From contig OZ255836.1 of NCBI GenBank assembly GCA_965277715.1, forward strand, positions 3,744,001 through 3,808,000: a DNA stretch of 64,000 bases, given 5' to 3'. This DNA comes from Gammaproteobacteria bacterium. Lineage in GTDB: Bacteria; Pseudomonadota; Gammaproteobacteria; JBCCGL01. Below the pieces are notes generated by a model. The model was not told the DNA's origin. It was given only the letters and a program-made list of their open reading frames with translations, and did not search any database. Shown in pieces: positions 48,379-58,357 of this stretch. The translations under genes were made by a program, and so were the position numbers. Within the stretch, counting starts at the first letter, position 1, and the number at the start of each line of letters is the position of its first letter.

Positions 48379-51342
48379 TTGAAGCATAACGTGATGACTA
48401 ATACCGCTGAGGGTACGCAGCCTGAGCCAATTAACCATGAACCGATTACTCAGGCAATCAATGCGCTGGGTAGTTACCACCGCTACTTTACTGAAACCGA
48501 TCAGGCGAATCAGTTGGTTGAGTGGGTGTATCGCGAAACGGGGTTCAGCAAAGGCATAGTGCGGGCTGCTGTCAAGCGCATTGCACTGTTTGTACTGGCT
48601 GGGCAAATAAAAGAGAGCGAACAGCAGGCTGAAGCGGCGGCGGGTCTGTTCGCGAAGCTACCGCATTACCATGCATACCTCTGGTTTGCTCACGCGTTGC
48701 TGGATGTGCTCAATGCTAAAGCGGATACCAACACAGCGCTGGATAAGGTGCTACAAGTACCTACCGTGCAAGACTTGGCGGCACTTGATGAAACGCAAAC
48801 GCACTGGGGGCGGTTAAGTCCTGAAACACAGGGCCTGGCACAATTACTGATGGTGCAAAGCCGCGAAGTAGCAAGCCAGCAGCAATTGCAACAACAATTT
48901 ATTGAGGTGATGAAACACCTGCATGCTATCCCGGAGCTGGAAACAACCGAGCACCGCAGAGCACGTTGTGCAGGGGTTGTACCGGGTAGTATGTTGTGGC
49001 TTAACCATGCCGGTCAGCAAACCCAATGCCTTGGCCGCAGTGATTTTATTCAACAGTTAGCCACTTTTTTCTATAAACAGCCCACCTTTAGCTGGTGGGT
49101 TATCACTGGGGCTGGCGGCGTCGGCAAACGGCGGGTTGTTTTTGAAACATTGCAACAGCTACCTTTTGTGTGGTGTAGCGGTTTCCTGCTTAAACAGCAA
49201 TTTAATGCCGACACTGACTGGTCACAGTGGCGGCCTGGCAACCCGACTGTGATTGTTATTGAGGGTGCGGAGGAACACCCACAGGCTATTGCCAATATGA
49301 TTGATCAATTGCACAGCAATCAGGGTGTGTATAACTTTCCGGTACGGTTATTGTTATTGGCACGCCAGGCCGAGGGGCAGTCGTGGTGGAAAAGTTTGGT
49401 GGGGACAATCCCCGGTAGTCAATTGCGTAAACAGTGCCTTTATAAGGGCACCTCTCATACTATATTGCCGCTCAATCAATTTGGGCAAAAGCAGTTATTG
49501 AAAAACCTGCTTCAGGTGCTTGGCAGTAATAGCGAGCTGCCCGCCAGTGACCACCCGTTTTGGTCGCACCTGAATGTCATCAGTGTGGGCAAGCCATTGT
49601 TGGTTGGCATGGTAGCGATTGCTATTGAACAACAGGGGTTTGATGTGGTTGGCGATTATTCCCAGGAGGATTTATTGCAGTATTTACTGGAAAATGAAAA
49701 ACGTCGCTGGGCACCCCAATTAGGCGAGGTGGCCAACAGTGATCAGGCAATGCAAAAGTTTTATCATTTTATAATGATTAACCATATCGCCAGAGAGGTG
49801 TTTACCGACCCTACCAAGATTGAACGCCAGAGTGCTTTATTACTTGCCACTCAAATCGGCAGTAGCGATAAGGTGCTGGGTTATTACTGGAAAAAGGCGG
49901 CTGAAATACGCTTTAACGAGATAGAGGCAGATATTTTTACTGAGTTTTTCGCCTGTGTGCAATGGCGGCAAACCACTGATTCCGGCGCATTAACCATAAA
50001 ACACTACCGCACAGCTGCGTATCTATTGCACCCAGTGAATACCCGTGCATTTATTGTGCAGATGGCGGTGGATTTTCCTGCCGATACCGGTGCTCTTCAC
50101 TGGGTTGATGAACTGCTGGCATTCGTTGCAGACAATACTATGCGCAGCGAAATGGCGCATATTCATCAGGCTGTTTTTGATGTGGTGGGGCAATTATATT
50201 TGCACGGTGAATACAATGTGGCGCTGGATTGGCTGAAACGGGTTACCACAGTGGAAGATCAACATCTGCGTGCACGTGCACTGAACCAGTGTGGCATGCA
50301 AAATCAGCATTTGGGTAATACTGATACCGCATTAGCGGTTTATCAGCAATCTCTGGCACTGTACCGGGAGAGCAGTGACAAATTAAGCGAGGTGCAGGTA
50401 TTAAGCAATATTGCACACTTGTTTGAATCGTGTAAAGACTACGCCAATGCGATGGATTACCGGCAGCAGTTATACGCCCTCCACCAGGAAATAGGTGATA
50501 AGACGGGTGAGGCAACCGCATTGGATATGATGGCAGGCATAGCGCATATCTGCGGTGACTATGATACTGCGCTGAATCACCTTGAACACGCATTGAACCT
50601 TAAACAGGCAGTGGGGGATAAGCGCAGTATAGATAATACCACCAAAGGCATTCTGCGACTCCTGCGGGCACAAGGCGGCCACGATGCGGTGTTGAAATAC
50701 CTGAACCAACAACTTGAGAGTAAGCGGGCGAGTGGTGATAAGGCGGGTGAAAGCGATGTGCTCACTTATTTATCGCACGCCCATAAAGCGCACAGCAATA
50801 ACGGCACAGCGCTGGATTATATGAAGCAGGTGCTGAGTATTAAACAGGCCATTGGCGATAAAGTCGGCGAGGGTATTGTATTGAATGAAATCGCCACGGC
50901 GGAACATGCGCTTGGCAGCCATCACCGTGCGTTGGATTACTTGCGACAGGCATGGGTTATAAAGCGTGAAACAGGCGATAAGGCAGGTGAAGGCACTGTA
51001 CTGAACAATCTCTCTCAAATTCACGATGCACTTGGTGATCGTGCGACAGCGCTGAAGTATTTGCAACAATCGCTGAAGCTCCAGGGACAGGTCGGTGATT
51101 GGAGCGGTATGTGCCCAACGCTGTTTAATATTGGCCTTAATTATTGGCAGGATAATGAACAACAAAAAGCGATGGCAAACTGGTTGGAGATGTATGGCAT
51201 TGCAACAAATATTCATCAAACGCAGGCAATCCAGACACTGGAAAAACTGAGCAATCAACTGGGTTTGAAAGGGGGCTTAGCTAAGTGGGAGGAACTCTGG
51301 AAGGCCAAGGTAGAGAATATTATGGATAAACCGCCTGAATAA
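48379..51342 (+). CDS. STAND-like P-loop domain plus TPR-repeat protein
   Basis: LGR..., VITGAGGVGKRR, TVIVIEGAE, PVRLLLLAR, GKPL; about 8 40-aa TPRs of the AL.Y.QQ.L.I...GDK.GE type. Confidence 0.8.
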   Translation: MKHNVMTNTAEGTQPEPINHEPITQAINALGSYHRYFTETDQANQLVEWVYRETGFSKGIVRAAVKRIALFVLAGQIKESEQQAEAAAGLFAKLPHYHAYLWFAHALLDVLNAKADTNTALDKVLQVPTVQDLAALDETQTHWGRLSPETQGLAQLLMVQSREVASQQQLQQQFIEVMKHLHAIPELETTEHRRARCAGVVPGSMLWLNHAGQQTQCLGRSDFIQQLATFFYKQPTFSWWVITGAGGVGKRRVVFETLQQLPFVWCSGFLLKQQFNADTDWSQWRPGNPTVIVIEGAEEHPQAIANMIDQLHSNQGVYNFPVRLLLLARQAEGQSWWKSLVGTIPGSQLRKQCLYKGTSHTILPLNQFGQKQLLKNLLQVLGSNSELPASDHPFWSHLNVISVGKPLLVGMVAIAIEQQGFDVVGDYSQEDLLQYLLENEKRRWAPQLGEVANSDQAMQKFYHFIMINHIAREVFTDPTKIERQSALLLATQIGSSDKVLGYYWKKAAEIRFNEIEADIFTEFFACVQWRQTTDSGALTIKHYRTAAYLLHPVNTRAFIVQMAVDFPADTGALHWVDELLAFVADNTMRSEMAHIHQAVFDVVGQLYLHGEYNVALDWLKRVTTVEDQHLRARALNQCGMQNQHLGNTDTALAVYQQSLALYRESSDKLSEVQVLSNIAHLFESCKDYANAMDYRQQLYALHQEIGDKTGEATALDMMAGIAHICGDYDTALNHLEHALNLKQAVGDKRSIDNTTKGILRLLRAQGGHDAVLKYLNQQLESKRASGDKAGESDVLTYLSHAHKAHSNNGTALDYMKQVLSIKQAIGDKVGEGIVLNEIATAEHALGSHHRALDYLRQAWVIKRETGDKAGEGTVLNNLSQIHDALGDRATALKYLQQSLKLQGQVGDWSGMCPTLFNIGLNYWQDNEQQKAMANWLEMYGIATNIHQTQAIQTLEKLSNQLGLKGGLAKWEELWKAKVENIMDKPPE

Positions 51343-51386
51343 ACTGACTGAATAAACCAACTGAATAAACCAACTGAATAAATCAT
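51322..51386. repeat. Five 13-bp tandem repeats spanning the stop codon
   Basis: atggataaaccgc ctgaataaactga ctgaataaaccaa ctgaataaaccaa ctgaataaatcat. Confidence 0.85.
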
Positions 51387-51418
51387 TTGGGTGAGCGTTT
51401 GAGAGCAGTTCCCGGTAT

Positions 51419-51868
51419 TCACCCTTCACCCCGGTACTCGGCGGCTTCGATCCATCCCATGTGGCCAAAACCGGCAATATAGCGCACCTGTTCAACATGG
51501 AGCCTGAAGAAATGAAAATCACCCAATGACAAATACTGGGCGGCATTTGGGTGCCGCTCAAGATAAATGTGCTGGATAGTGGTGTCACTGTCTGTCTGTA
51601 TTGCTCTCCCCAGTAGTGTAACGCGTGGTTGGCTGAGCACTTCGCGGGTGTGTAGGCTGGGCGCAATGAGCACTGAGGCGCGTGCGTTGCGTTGCAGGTA
51701 GCTACGGTGTTCGGCCAGTTGGCTTAGCAGCATAATAATATCGCCATTGTCTGCGGCAGCAATTTCAACAACCGACCCATAAGGTGTGCCGTCGTCACTG
51801 AGCGATGACAACACAGCACTGCTGGCCTGCCCGGCGAGTGCGCGTGCCATGTTGGCGAGTGTTGTCAT
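51419..51868 (-). CDS. HugZ/pyridoxamine 5'-phosphate oxidase-like protein
   Basis: GTPYGSVV, LSQLAEH, PRVTLLG, YIAGFG. Confidence 0.85.
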   Translation of the reverse strand: MTTLANMARALAGQASSAVLSSLSDDGTPYGSVVEIAAADNGDIIMLLSQLAEHRSYLQRNARASVLIAPSLHTREVLSQPRVTLLGRAIQTDSDTTIQHIYLERHPNAAQYLSLGDFHFFRLHVEQVRYIAGFGHMGWIEAAEYRGEG

Positions 51869-53292
51869 GTTAAATTCAACTCATTGATTTTTCGGCTTAA
51901 GGTATTCCTGCCCCAGCCAATTAATTTAGCGGCGTTTTGCCGGTTGTTGTGGGTTTTTTGCAAAGCGCACTCGATCAGTGTTTTTTCAAAGATCGGTAGT
52001 GCTTCGGCGAGCAGGGGCGTGTCATCTCTGGCAATCGCTCGTTTTAACCAACACTGCAGTGGGTATTGCCAGCTTTCATCATCGGTATTGCCCACTGCCT
52101 GGTGAAGCTCTTCTGGTAGGTCGCTAATGTTAATGCTATCCCCCAGTGCCATTGCCGTCAGCCATCGACACAGGTTTTCCAGTTGCCGGACGTTCCCTGG
52201 CCACGGCAGTGTCTGCAGGTGAGAGACCATTTCACTGTTTGCCTGCTTGGGTTCGGTATTTAACTCACTGGCAGCCTGTGTGAGAAAAAAATTCAACAGG
52301 GCGGGAATATCTTCGCGGCGTTCGCGCAGTGGCGGTACGTTGATACGGATAACATTGAGCCGGTGGTATAAATCCTCACGAAACTGCTGCCGGGAAACGC
52401 GTGCTTCCAGGTCGCGATGTGTGGCGGCGATAATACGCACATCCACGGTTACCGGGGTGTGCCCACCCACACGGTAAAATTGACCCTCGGCGAGTACCCG
52501 CAGCAATCGGGTTTGTAGGTTCTCGGACATATCACCGATTTCATCGAGAAACAACGTGCCGCCGTTGGCTTGCTCAAAACGTCCGTGGCGCATTGCGTGC
52601 GCGCCGGTAAACGCCCCTTTTTCGTGGCCAAATAATTCGGATTCGATTAAATCGTGGGGGATAGCGGCGACATTCAGTGCGATAAAGGACTGTTGCGCAC
52701 GCGGGCTATGGCGGTGTAGTGCACGCGCAATAAGTTCTTTACCGACACCGGATTCGCCATTGATCAACACGGTCATCGTGGTGCGTGTAAGCCGCCCGAT
52801 AGCGCGGAAAACCTGCTGCATGGCCGGTGCCTCACCAATCAGTTCGGGGGGGTTGGTGTGTGTTGCGCCTGAATTTTTCGCCAAGAGGGTTTTTGCTGTA
52901 CCCGGTGGTGTGGATTGGGCTGTGTGCCACTCGCAGGCTCTGGCGCTGACACTGAGCACGGCATCGATATCAAACGGTTTTGGTAAATACTCGAAAGCAC
53001 CACCCTGGTAGGCCGAGACAGCACTGTCGAGATCGGCGTGTGCGGTGATAATAATTACTGGAATATCCGGGTAGCGCTGGCGAAATGCATCCAGAAACAC
53101 CAACCCGGATTCACCGGGCATACGAATATCGCTGATGATCGCCTGTGGTGGTGGCGATTCTGCCATTGCCAGCCGTGCGCTGTGGGTGTCGGCAAAGCAG
53201 CGCACCTGGTATTGTGCCTTTTGCAGCGCCCGTTGCAACACCCAGCGGATAGAATCGTCGTCGTCGATAACCCAAATTAAATAATGGGGCAT
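51865..53292 (-). CDS. ntrC: Nitrogen regulator NR(I)
   Basis: IWVIDDDDSIRWVL, GESGVGKE, ELFGHEKGAFTGA, GWGRNTL. Confidence 0.97.
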   Translation of the reverse strand: MPHYLIWVIDDDDSIRWVLQRALQKAQYQVRCFADTHSARLAMAESPPPQAIISDIRMPGESGLVFLDAFRQRYPDIPVIIITAHADLDSAVSAYQGGAFEYLPKPFDIDAVLSVSARACEWHTAQSTPPGTAKTLLAKNSGATHTNPPELIGEAPAMQQVFRAIGRLTRTTMTVLINGESGVGKELIARALHRHSPRAQQSFIALNVAAIPHDLIESELFGHEKGAFTGAHAMRHGRFEQANGGTLFLDEIGDMSENLQTRLLRVLAEGQFYRVGGHTPVTVDVRIIAATHRDLEARVSRQQFREDLYHRLNVIRINVPPLRERREDIPALLNFFLTQAASELNTEPKQANSEMVSHLQTLPWPGNVRQLENLCRWLTAMALGDSINISDLPEELHQAVGNTDDESWQYPLQCWLKRAIARDDTPLLAEALPIFEKTLIECALQKTHNNRQNAAKLIGWGRNTLSRKINELNLT

Positions 53293-54434
53293 TATGGCAC
53301 CTGGTCACTATCTGACAGTGGTAGATAAACGGTAAAAACAGTGCGGCCCGGTTCGTTTACCGCTTCTATCAAACCGTTTAACTGGCCAGCCAGGCGCTGT
53401 GCAATAGAGAGTCCCAGGCCGTTACCGCCATTGCGTGCGCTGACCATCGGGTAAAACAATGTGGCATAAACGGATGCGGGAATGCCTGGGCCATCGTCGA
53501 TAATATGTACAGCGGCCACGAGTTTGTGCATTACCGAGCGGATGGTAAAGGCCCGCTGTATACGGGTTTTAAAGGTGATGGTACCCTCCTCACCGATCGC
53601 CTGTACGGCGTTGCGTGTAATATTTAAAAAGAGTTGCACCAGCCAGTCCCGCTCTGCCCATAGATGCGGGATACTGGGGTCGTAATCGGCCTGAAATATA
53701 ATGCTGTTATCGGTTTCTGCGCAGACCAGTGTTTTAACATATTCAAGTGTTTCATGGATATTGACTTCACTGCGTTGCGCCCACGTGCCAGGCCCTAATA
53801 GCCGGTCGAGCAATGCCTGTAAGCGATCAGCTTCGCCGACGATAATACGTGTGTACTCCAGTAGTGCTTTGTCTGGCAGCTCACTTTCCAGTAGCTGTGC
53901 GGCGCCGCGCAAGCCACCCAGTGGGTTTCTAATCTCGTGAGCCAGTTCGTGTAATAGTGTGTCAGATGCCTGTTGTTGAACCAACAGCGCCTGCTCACGG
54001 CTCAGGCGGGCGTGGTGCCCGCTATCCGTCAGTTCAAACAGTGCCCATTGGCGGTTATTACCTGTGTAATCATCCGGGTAATTATCTGGATTTATGGCAT
54101 TACCTGGGCCATAGGTCACTGAACAATCGATCAATAACTCCCGCCGGTCATGCGGTAGTGTTACACGAACCTCGCGTTCAACATAGCACTGTGATGTGCC
54201 CATGTGGTGCATCAATCGGGTTTCAAATGCCGTGGGAAAACGCAGATAGTCGAATAGCGGCACACCCCGTAATTTATTGTCACTGGCTGAAACCAATTGT
54301 TCGGCTGCACTATTGGCGAACGTAATACGCAACTGCCCGTCAGCCAGGAATACCGCCGTATTCATGTTGTTAAGTAGCTGATCAGTGGGAAACGGTATGT
54401 GTGCACTAACTTGGGGCATGGCGGCATTATGCAC
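53292..54434 (-). CDS. ntrB: Nitrogen regulation sensor kinase NR(II)
   Basis: PAS domain; AHEIRNPLGGLRGAAQLL, DYDPSIP, DDGPGI, GLGLSIA; true start may be 54419. Confidence 0.95.
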   Translation of the reverse strand: MHNAAMPQVSAHIPFPTDQLLNNMNTAVFLADGQLRITFANSAAEQLVSASDNKLRGVPLFDYLRFPTAFETRLMHHMGTSQCYVEREVRVTLPHDRRELLIDCSVTYGPGNAINPDNYPDDYTGNNRQWALFELTDSGHHARLSREQALLVQQQASDTLLHELAHEIRNPLGGLRGAAQLLESELPDKALLEYTRIIVGEADRLQALLDRLLGPGTWAQRSEVNIHETLEYVKTLVCAETDNSIIFQADYDPSIPHLWAERDWLVQLFLNITRNAVQAIGEEGTITFKTRIQRAFTIRSVMHKLVAAVHIIDDGPGIPASVYATLFYPMVSARNGGNGLGLSIAQRLAGQLNGLIEAVNEPGRTVFTVYLPLSDSDQVP

Positions 54435-54446
54435 TAATAGTGTGCA
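54402..54446. promoter_or_regulatory. Two NtrC boxes at the ntrB start
   Basis: tgcactaacttggggca (54402-54418) and tgcactaatagtgtgca (54430-54446) fit TGCAC-N7-GTGCA. Confidence 0.75.
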
Positions 54447-54666
54447 TAGTTTGGCTCAATATGTGCGAACTGTTAATTAAATTGATTTAATGGTATTGAA
54501 CCTAAACCTGATTAATTGAATCTACTGGGTCAATCAGGTTAAAAGATCGAACAAGTGAGTAGCGTTGCGTATATTTCACACTCGATGAACTATCTCTACT
54601 GTACAATCAGTTGCATACACAGAGTACGTTTAATCCAATTTATTTGTACCAAGGGAAACAAATCAT

Positions 54667-55572
54667 ATGAGTGACGGGCAGGGGCGAAAACGGATAATAA
54701 CCACACTGATGTTTGCCGACATCTGTGCCAGTACACGCTTGTATGAAACACTGGGTGATGATCAGGCGCAGCGCAAGATCAGCGAGGCCATACAGGTTAT
54801 CCGACGGGTGATCGAGGCCTATCAGGGGCAGGTCATAAAAGAAATTGGCGATGAGGTAATGGCCACTTTTCCCGGCGCGATAGATGCGCTGAATTGTGCA
54901 ACCCAGTTCTCAGAGCCACTGGCCAGTATGGGCTTACAGCTAAAAATTGGCATACACAGTGGCGAGATGATCGAGCAGAATAACGATATGTTCGGTGATG
55001 TAGTCAACACAGCCGCACGCATTGTTTCGTTAGCCTCCCCTAAACAGATTTTACTCTCCAGCAATACGGCTATCGAATTACCTGCCGAGGTTTTATCTTC
55101 ATTGAGAAACCTGCCGCCCTTATCAGTCAAAGGAAAGTCCTCGCTCATCGAGCTTTATGAGCACATTGCGGGTGATGAAACTGACCTGACCATGGCCATT
55201 ATGGGTGAGGAGTATGATGACCTGGTGAGCCATAACGTGGATAGTTTAACGCTGCGTTGGCCACATGGCAGTATGGTACTGAATCGTGAAACGACAGAAT
55301 TAGTTATTGGCCGGGATCCCGCCCATTCCATTTGTCTGCTATCGCCAGTGGTATCGCGTAGCCATGCATGTATTGAGCGCCAGGGTGATGATTGGTATAT
55401 CAGTGATCAGAGTACCAACGGTACACTGGTGACGGAAGATGGCTATCAGCCACACCTGCTCAGGCGCGAGCGCCATCAGTTAAGAAAAGGCGGTACGCTG
55501 AACCTGACCCCGACTGACCCCGATAACAATGTCACCACGATTCACTACCAGTTAGGCGCAGAAACAGAGTAG
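54667..55572 (+). CDS. Class III adenylate cyclase with C-terminal FHA domain
   Basis: FADICAST, KEIGDEVM, GDVVNTAAR; FHA motifs IGRD, VSRSHA, STNGT. Confidence 0.88.
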   Translation: MSDGQGRKRIITTLMFADICASTRLYETLGDDQAQRKISEAIQVIRRVIEAYQGQVIKEIGDEVMATFPGAIDALNCATQFSEPLASMGLQLKIGIHSGEMIEQNNDMFGDVVNTAARIVSLASPKQILLSSNTAIELPAEVLSSLRNLPPLSVKGKSSLIELYEHIAGDETDLTMAIMGEEYDDLVSHNVDSLTLRWPHGSMVLNRETTELVIGRDPAHSICLLSPVVSRSHACIERQGDDWYISDQSTNGTLVTEDGYQPHLLRRERHQLRKGGTLNLTPTDPDNNVTTIHYQLGAETE

Positions 55573-55601
55573 CCCCCAACGACTCGTTCCTGGCGCCTTC
55601 T

Positions 55602-56147
55602 TCAGGGCGAGCCTGCATTATTAACCCGCAATAAATGAAATTGTACGCTGTCTGCCTCGGCCAGCTTATGTCCGTCTGCGTTTTCAATATGGGCTGCCAG
55701 TGTGTGTGTGCCGCGCGGTATATTGTTCAGTGGAATATGTGTGTTAACACCGCGTGCGATCTCCCGGCCATCCAGTGTAACGACTAGCAAGGTGTTTTTA
55801 CCGTCAATTGCGGGTGCAAGCGATAAGGTGATGGTGAGGTTGCCCGCGTTATTGCGAATTGCCTGGTCGTGTTGTGGGTAGCTGAATGCCAGGGTATAAA
55901 GCGGCTCACTGGGCGGTGTTTTATTAACGGGGGCTTGCGTGTTGGCTGGGGGTGTGAATGCCGGTAGGGTGTTGATGGGGGGAAGTGCGATTTCCTCGTC
56001 ATCTTTATCCAGAGGGGCATCAGAAAATACGGTGTTACCGTCGGCATCCAGTGACTTGTAAATAGCCGAAGTGGCCGGTAATGATGTGATTGCCAAAGCC
56101 AATAAAAGGGTGGCGAGTGTTTTTCGTAATGGCATATAAAACCGCAT
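55602..56147 (-). CDS. DUF4124 domain secreted protein
   Basis: Signal peptide, IYKSLDADGNTVFSDAP, Ig-like RGTHTL; usual position after glnA. Confidence 0.85.
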   Translation of the reverse strand: MRFYMPLRKTLATLLLALAITSLPATSAIYKSLDADGNTVFSDAPLDKDDEEIALPPINTLPAFTPPANTQAPVNKTPPSEPLYTLAFSYPQHDQAIRNNAGNLTITLSLAPAIDGKNTLLVVTLDGREIARGVNTHIPLNNIPRGTHTLAAHIENADGHKLAEADSVQFHLLRVNNAGSP

Positions 56148-56194
56148 ATGAAAATAATAGCGTGTTGCGATTGATTGGCCAATTGTAATATCGA

Positions 56195-56222
56195 GGTTGG
56201 GGTGCGTTACTTCACCCCAACC
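56195..56222 (-). terminator. Stem-loop after glnA
   Basis: ggttggggtg / caccccaacc. Confidence 0.6.
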
Positions 56223-56235
56223 GTATTAAAGCCGA

Positions 56236-57645
56236 CTACAAGCTGTAGTACATATCAAACTCGGCCGGATGGGTTGCCATGCGTATGCGGGTGACATCAT
56301 GCATTTTCAGTGCGATATAGGCATCGATCATGTCGTCGGTAAATACGCTGCCCGCCTTCAGGAAGCCACGGTCTGCATCCAGTGCTTCCAGTGCCTGATC
56401 CAGTGAATAGCACACCTGTGGGATTTGTGCCTCTTCTTCAGGGGGGAGGTCGTACAAATCCTTATCCATCGCATCGCCTGGGTGAATTTGGTTTTGAATG
56501 CCATCAAGCCCGGCCATCATCAATGAGGCAAAGGTAAAATAAGGGTTGCCGGTTGGGTCGGGGAAACGCACTTCGATGCGCCGCGCTTTAGGGCTTGCAA
56601 CCCAGGGAATACGAATCGACGCCGAGCGGTTGCACGCTGAATAAGCCAGCATCACAGGTGCTTCAAAGCCAGGCACCAGGCGCTTGTAACTATTGGTCGA
56701 GGCATTCGTAAACGCGTTGATTGCATGTGCATGTTTAATAATACCACCGATATAAAATAAAGCGGTTTCAGAGAGACCGCCATACAAATCACCCGAGAAT
56801 AGGTTTTCGCCGTTCTTTACCAGTGATTGGTGTACATGCATACCGCTGCCGTTGTCACCGACGATAGGTTTTGGCATAAAAGTGGCGGTTTTACCGTAAG
56901 CGTGCGCAACATTCTGGATCACGTATTTCATGATTTGGTTCTTATCGGCACGGCGTACCAGTGTATCGAATTTAGTGCCGATTTCGCATTGACCGGCGGT
57001 GCCCACTTCGTGGTGGTGGACCTCGACCTCGACACCCATTTCTTCCATCGTCAGGCACATTGCAGCGCGCAGATCGTGGAGTGAATCGACCGGTGGTACA
57101 GGAAAATACCCGCCTTTTACACCGGGTCGGTGGCCGGTATTGCCCTCATCGTACCGCTTGCCGGTATTCCAGGCTGCTTCGCTGGAGTCGATGCTATAAC
57201 CCGCGCCGCTGATGTCGTTGTTAAAACGCACATCATCAAATACAAAAAACTCAGGCTCCGGGCCAAAATAAGCTGCATCGGCAATACCCGTGGACTGCAA
57301 ATACGCCTCGGCGCGCTTTGCCACAGTGCGGGGGGCGCGTTCGTAGCCCTGCATGGTGCCAGGCTCGATAATGTCACAGCTAATGTTGAGCGTGGCCTCA
57401 TCGGTAAACGGGTCGAGTACGGCGGTGTCGGTATCAGGCATCAGAATCATATCGGAGGCGTTAATCCCCTTCCAACCAGCGATTGACGAGCCATCGAACA
57501 TTTTGCCGTCTTCAAATGTTGCATTGTCAACGGTACTGGCCGGAATCGATACGTGCTGTTCCTTACCAAGGGTGTCGGTAAAGCGGAAATCGACGAATTT
57601 AACATCGTGTTCCTGAAGGGTTTTAAGGACATCGTTGACGGACAT
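56236..57645 (-). CDS. glnA: Glutamine synthetase type I
   Basis: [38 protein letters not shown], adenylylation site DLYDLP. Confidence 0.98.
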   Translation of the reverse strand: MSVNDVLKTLQEHDVKFVDFRFTDTLGKEQHVSIPASTVDNATFEDGKMFDGSSIAGWKGINASDMILMPDTDTAVLDPFTDEATLNISCDIIEPGTMQGYERAPRTVAKRAEAYLQSTGIADAAYFGPEPEFFVFDDVRFNNDISGAGYSIDSSEAAWNTGKRYDEGNTGHRPGVKGGYFPVPPVDSLHDLRAAMCLTMEEMGVEVEVHHHEVGTAGQCEIGTKFDTLVRRADKNQIMKYVIQNVAHAYGKTATFMPKPIVGDNGSGMHVHQSLVKNGENLFSGDLYGGLSETALFYIGGIIKHAHAINAFTNASTNSYKRLVPGFEAPVMLAYSACNRSASIRIPWVASPKARRIEVRFPDPTGNPYFTFASLMMAGLDGIQNQIHPGDAMDKDLYDLPPEEEAQIPQVCYSLDQALEALDADRGFLKAGSVFTDDMIDAYIALKMHDVTRIRMATHPAEFDMYYSL

Positions 57646-57710
57646 AAGGTGGTTAGCTCCTGTTGTTTGATTGTTTGCCGTGTGGTCTTAGGGTTTTCGC
57701 CTAGTTGTTT

Positions 57711-57727
57711 AGCATCTACCGTGCCAA
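57711..57727 (-). promoter_or_regulatory. Sigma54 -24/-12 promoter of glnA
   Basis: TTGGCACGGTAGATGCT on the minus strand. Confidence 0.85.
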
Positions 57728-57776
57728 TATATAAATTCATATAAATCAGATAGATAGGGTGTGAGAGGTAATTGTT

Positions 57777-57824
57777 TGCACATTTTTTGTGCATTCCTGA
57801 TAAGGGGTGCACTATTATGGGGCG
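57777..57824. promoter_or_regulatory. NtrC enhancer (two boxes 31 bp apart)
   Basis: tgcacattttttgtgca (57777-57793) and tgcactattatggggcg (57808-57824). Confidence 0.85.
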
Positions 57825-57889
57825 TGGTACTTTTAGGTTTCACTCGCTACGAGTACCTAAACCCGTCAATAGAAGGTAGACGGTGTACT

Positions 57890-58357
57890 TGATGTGGCTA
57901 CACTAATTCGGACCTCTCACTTGAAGTAAACTGAGTTTACGCGAGGAAACGAAAATGAAAGAGAAGCAATCCTATACGGCTGATTTTAGAGAGTCAGCGG
58001 TTAAATTAGTCCTGAAAAACGACCAGCCTATAGCCGCGACCGCACGCGAACTGGAAGTAAACGAGAATACTTTGCATACCTGGATCAGCAAGTATAGCCA
58101 ACCGAAAGCGGATGGCAGTGGCCACAGCGATGAGCACTTATATGATGAACTCAAACGGTTGAAAAAAGAAAACGCGCGTTTGAAAGAGGAACGCGACCTG
58201 TTAAAAAAGGCGGCCGCGTACTTTGCCAAGGAACAGGCGTGAAGTACGCCTGGATACAGCAACATCAATCTGGCTATGGTGTTCGACCTCTTTGTCGCTT
58301 TATGGCGGTTTCCAGTAGCGGCTATTATGCGTGGTCAAAACAATGCACCACAGCACG
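57890..58357 (+). mobile_element. IS3-family element, left part; orfA (57955-58242) intact, orfB truncated
   Basis: TG left end; orfA YTADFRESAVKL...LKKAAAYFAK; A6G motif; GTGA overlap to KYAWIQ; cut by the IS4 end. Confidence 0.9.

Noticed and set aside
51322-51386. Possible CRISPR array (also 1516-1665 and 21163-21214)
   Set aside because: Repeats are contiguous with no unique spacers, and there are no cas genes in the window
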